A DNA stretch of 64,000 nt. Origin: Hamiltosporidium tvaerminnensis FI-OER-3-3. Taxonomy: Eukaryota; Fungi; Microsporidia. Position numbers and translations under genes: made by a program. Location of the stretch: assembly GCA_022605425.2 (NCBI GenBank), contig CM061247.1, forward strand, positions 806,001 through 870,000, given 5' to 3'. Numbering within the stretch: position 1 is the first letter of the stretch; every line of letters begins with the position of its first letter. Of this stretch, positions 63,401 to 64,000 are shown piece after piece. Under the pieces are notes generated by a model. It made no database searches and had not been told where the DNA came from. It saw only the letters and a program-made list of their open reading frames with translations.

Positions 63401-64000
63401 CAACACTGCAATAAATCTGGTAAGACTGTAGATCATCTAGCAACTCGATGTGAAAAAATGCTAAGCCATGACTACACCAGACGGTATAATGAAGTGATTA
63501 GATGCCTACACTTACTTCTCCTAAATAGATATAAGTTTAAGTCCTCAAAACGAATTAAGAGTCACTCAGTTCAAGAAATTTTTGATAATGAGTATGCAGA
63601 GATAAGAGTAGACGCTGAATAAAAACTGGGGTCAAGATTGGTGTGATAGACTCGATATATTTATTTTAGATAAGATAAAAAATAAAATAACAGTAATTGA
63701 TGTATGAATCACTTCCTAATATTCACTTCAAATAGTTGAAACTGAAAAACTCAGGAAATATGACCTACTAGTCAATGAGTTGGGTCTTATTTATAATTAT
63801 AGTGTTGAGATAATCCTGTATATGATGACCTGGGACGGTATTGTGACAAAATACCATAAAATACCCCGTAAAAGACTAGAAATACACATGAATGTAGAGG
63901 CATACATTCAGTCTATAGTACTTAAGAAGACAATCGAAACATTTACTTTGATCGATAAGAGGACTTGAGTCAGAACCAAATGCCGAAGAGAGCTGGGAGA
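60491..64000 (+). mobile_element. R4-like retrotransposon copy C, pseudogenised, runs off the window's right edge
   Basis: Starts (AA)GGGTAGAAGGAAAAAAGTAGACAGCG with the ATG lost. Multiple stops and frameshifts; catalytic FIDD mutated to FIDH; RT nearly identical to copy A. Confidence 0.93.

Overview
This is very AT-rich, gene-sparse eukaryotic DNA, most consistent (inference) with a large-genome microsporidian such as Hamiltosporidium: genes appear intron-less, CCC/GGG motifs precede several ATGs, and there are LRR-like orphan genes. Recognisable host genes are the 5' end of SMC4, a Mei2-like RRM protein, a very reduced MLH3-like MutL C-terminal endonuclease and DcpS. There are also two large LRR-like orphans, one other orphan, and a five-member family of ~260-aa membrane-anchored proteins ('MSFWxTK...') sharing a positionally fixed upstream motif. 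The rest is retroelement-dominated. It holds three near-full copies and many relics of a single-ORF RT + restriction-like-endonuclease (R4/Dong-like) non-LTR retrotransposon; the best copy has a 15-bp target-site duplication (TSD), only 3 nt of 5' leader and 39 nt of 3' trailer. It also holds a 239-bp bipartite RTE-type non-autonomous element with a 12-bp TSD. Finally, there is a family of non-coding elements I cannot assign, in two size classes (~220 bp x3, ~720 bp x4), sharing a ~110-nt head and showing hints of conserved RNA structure.
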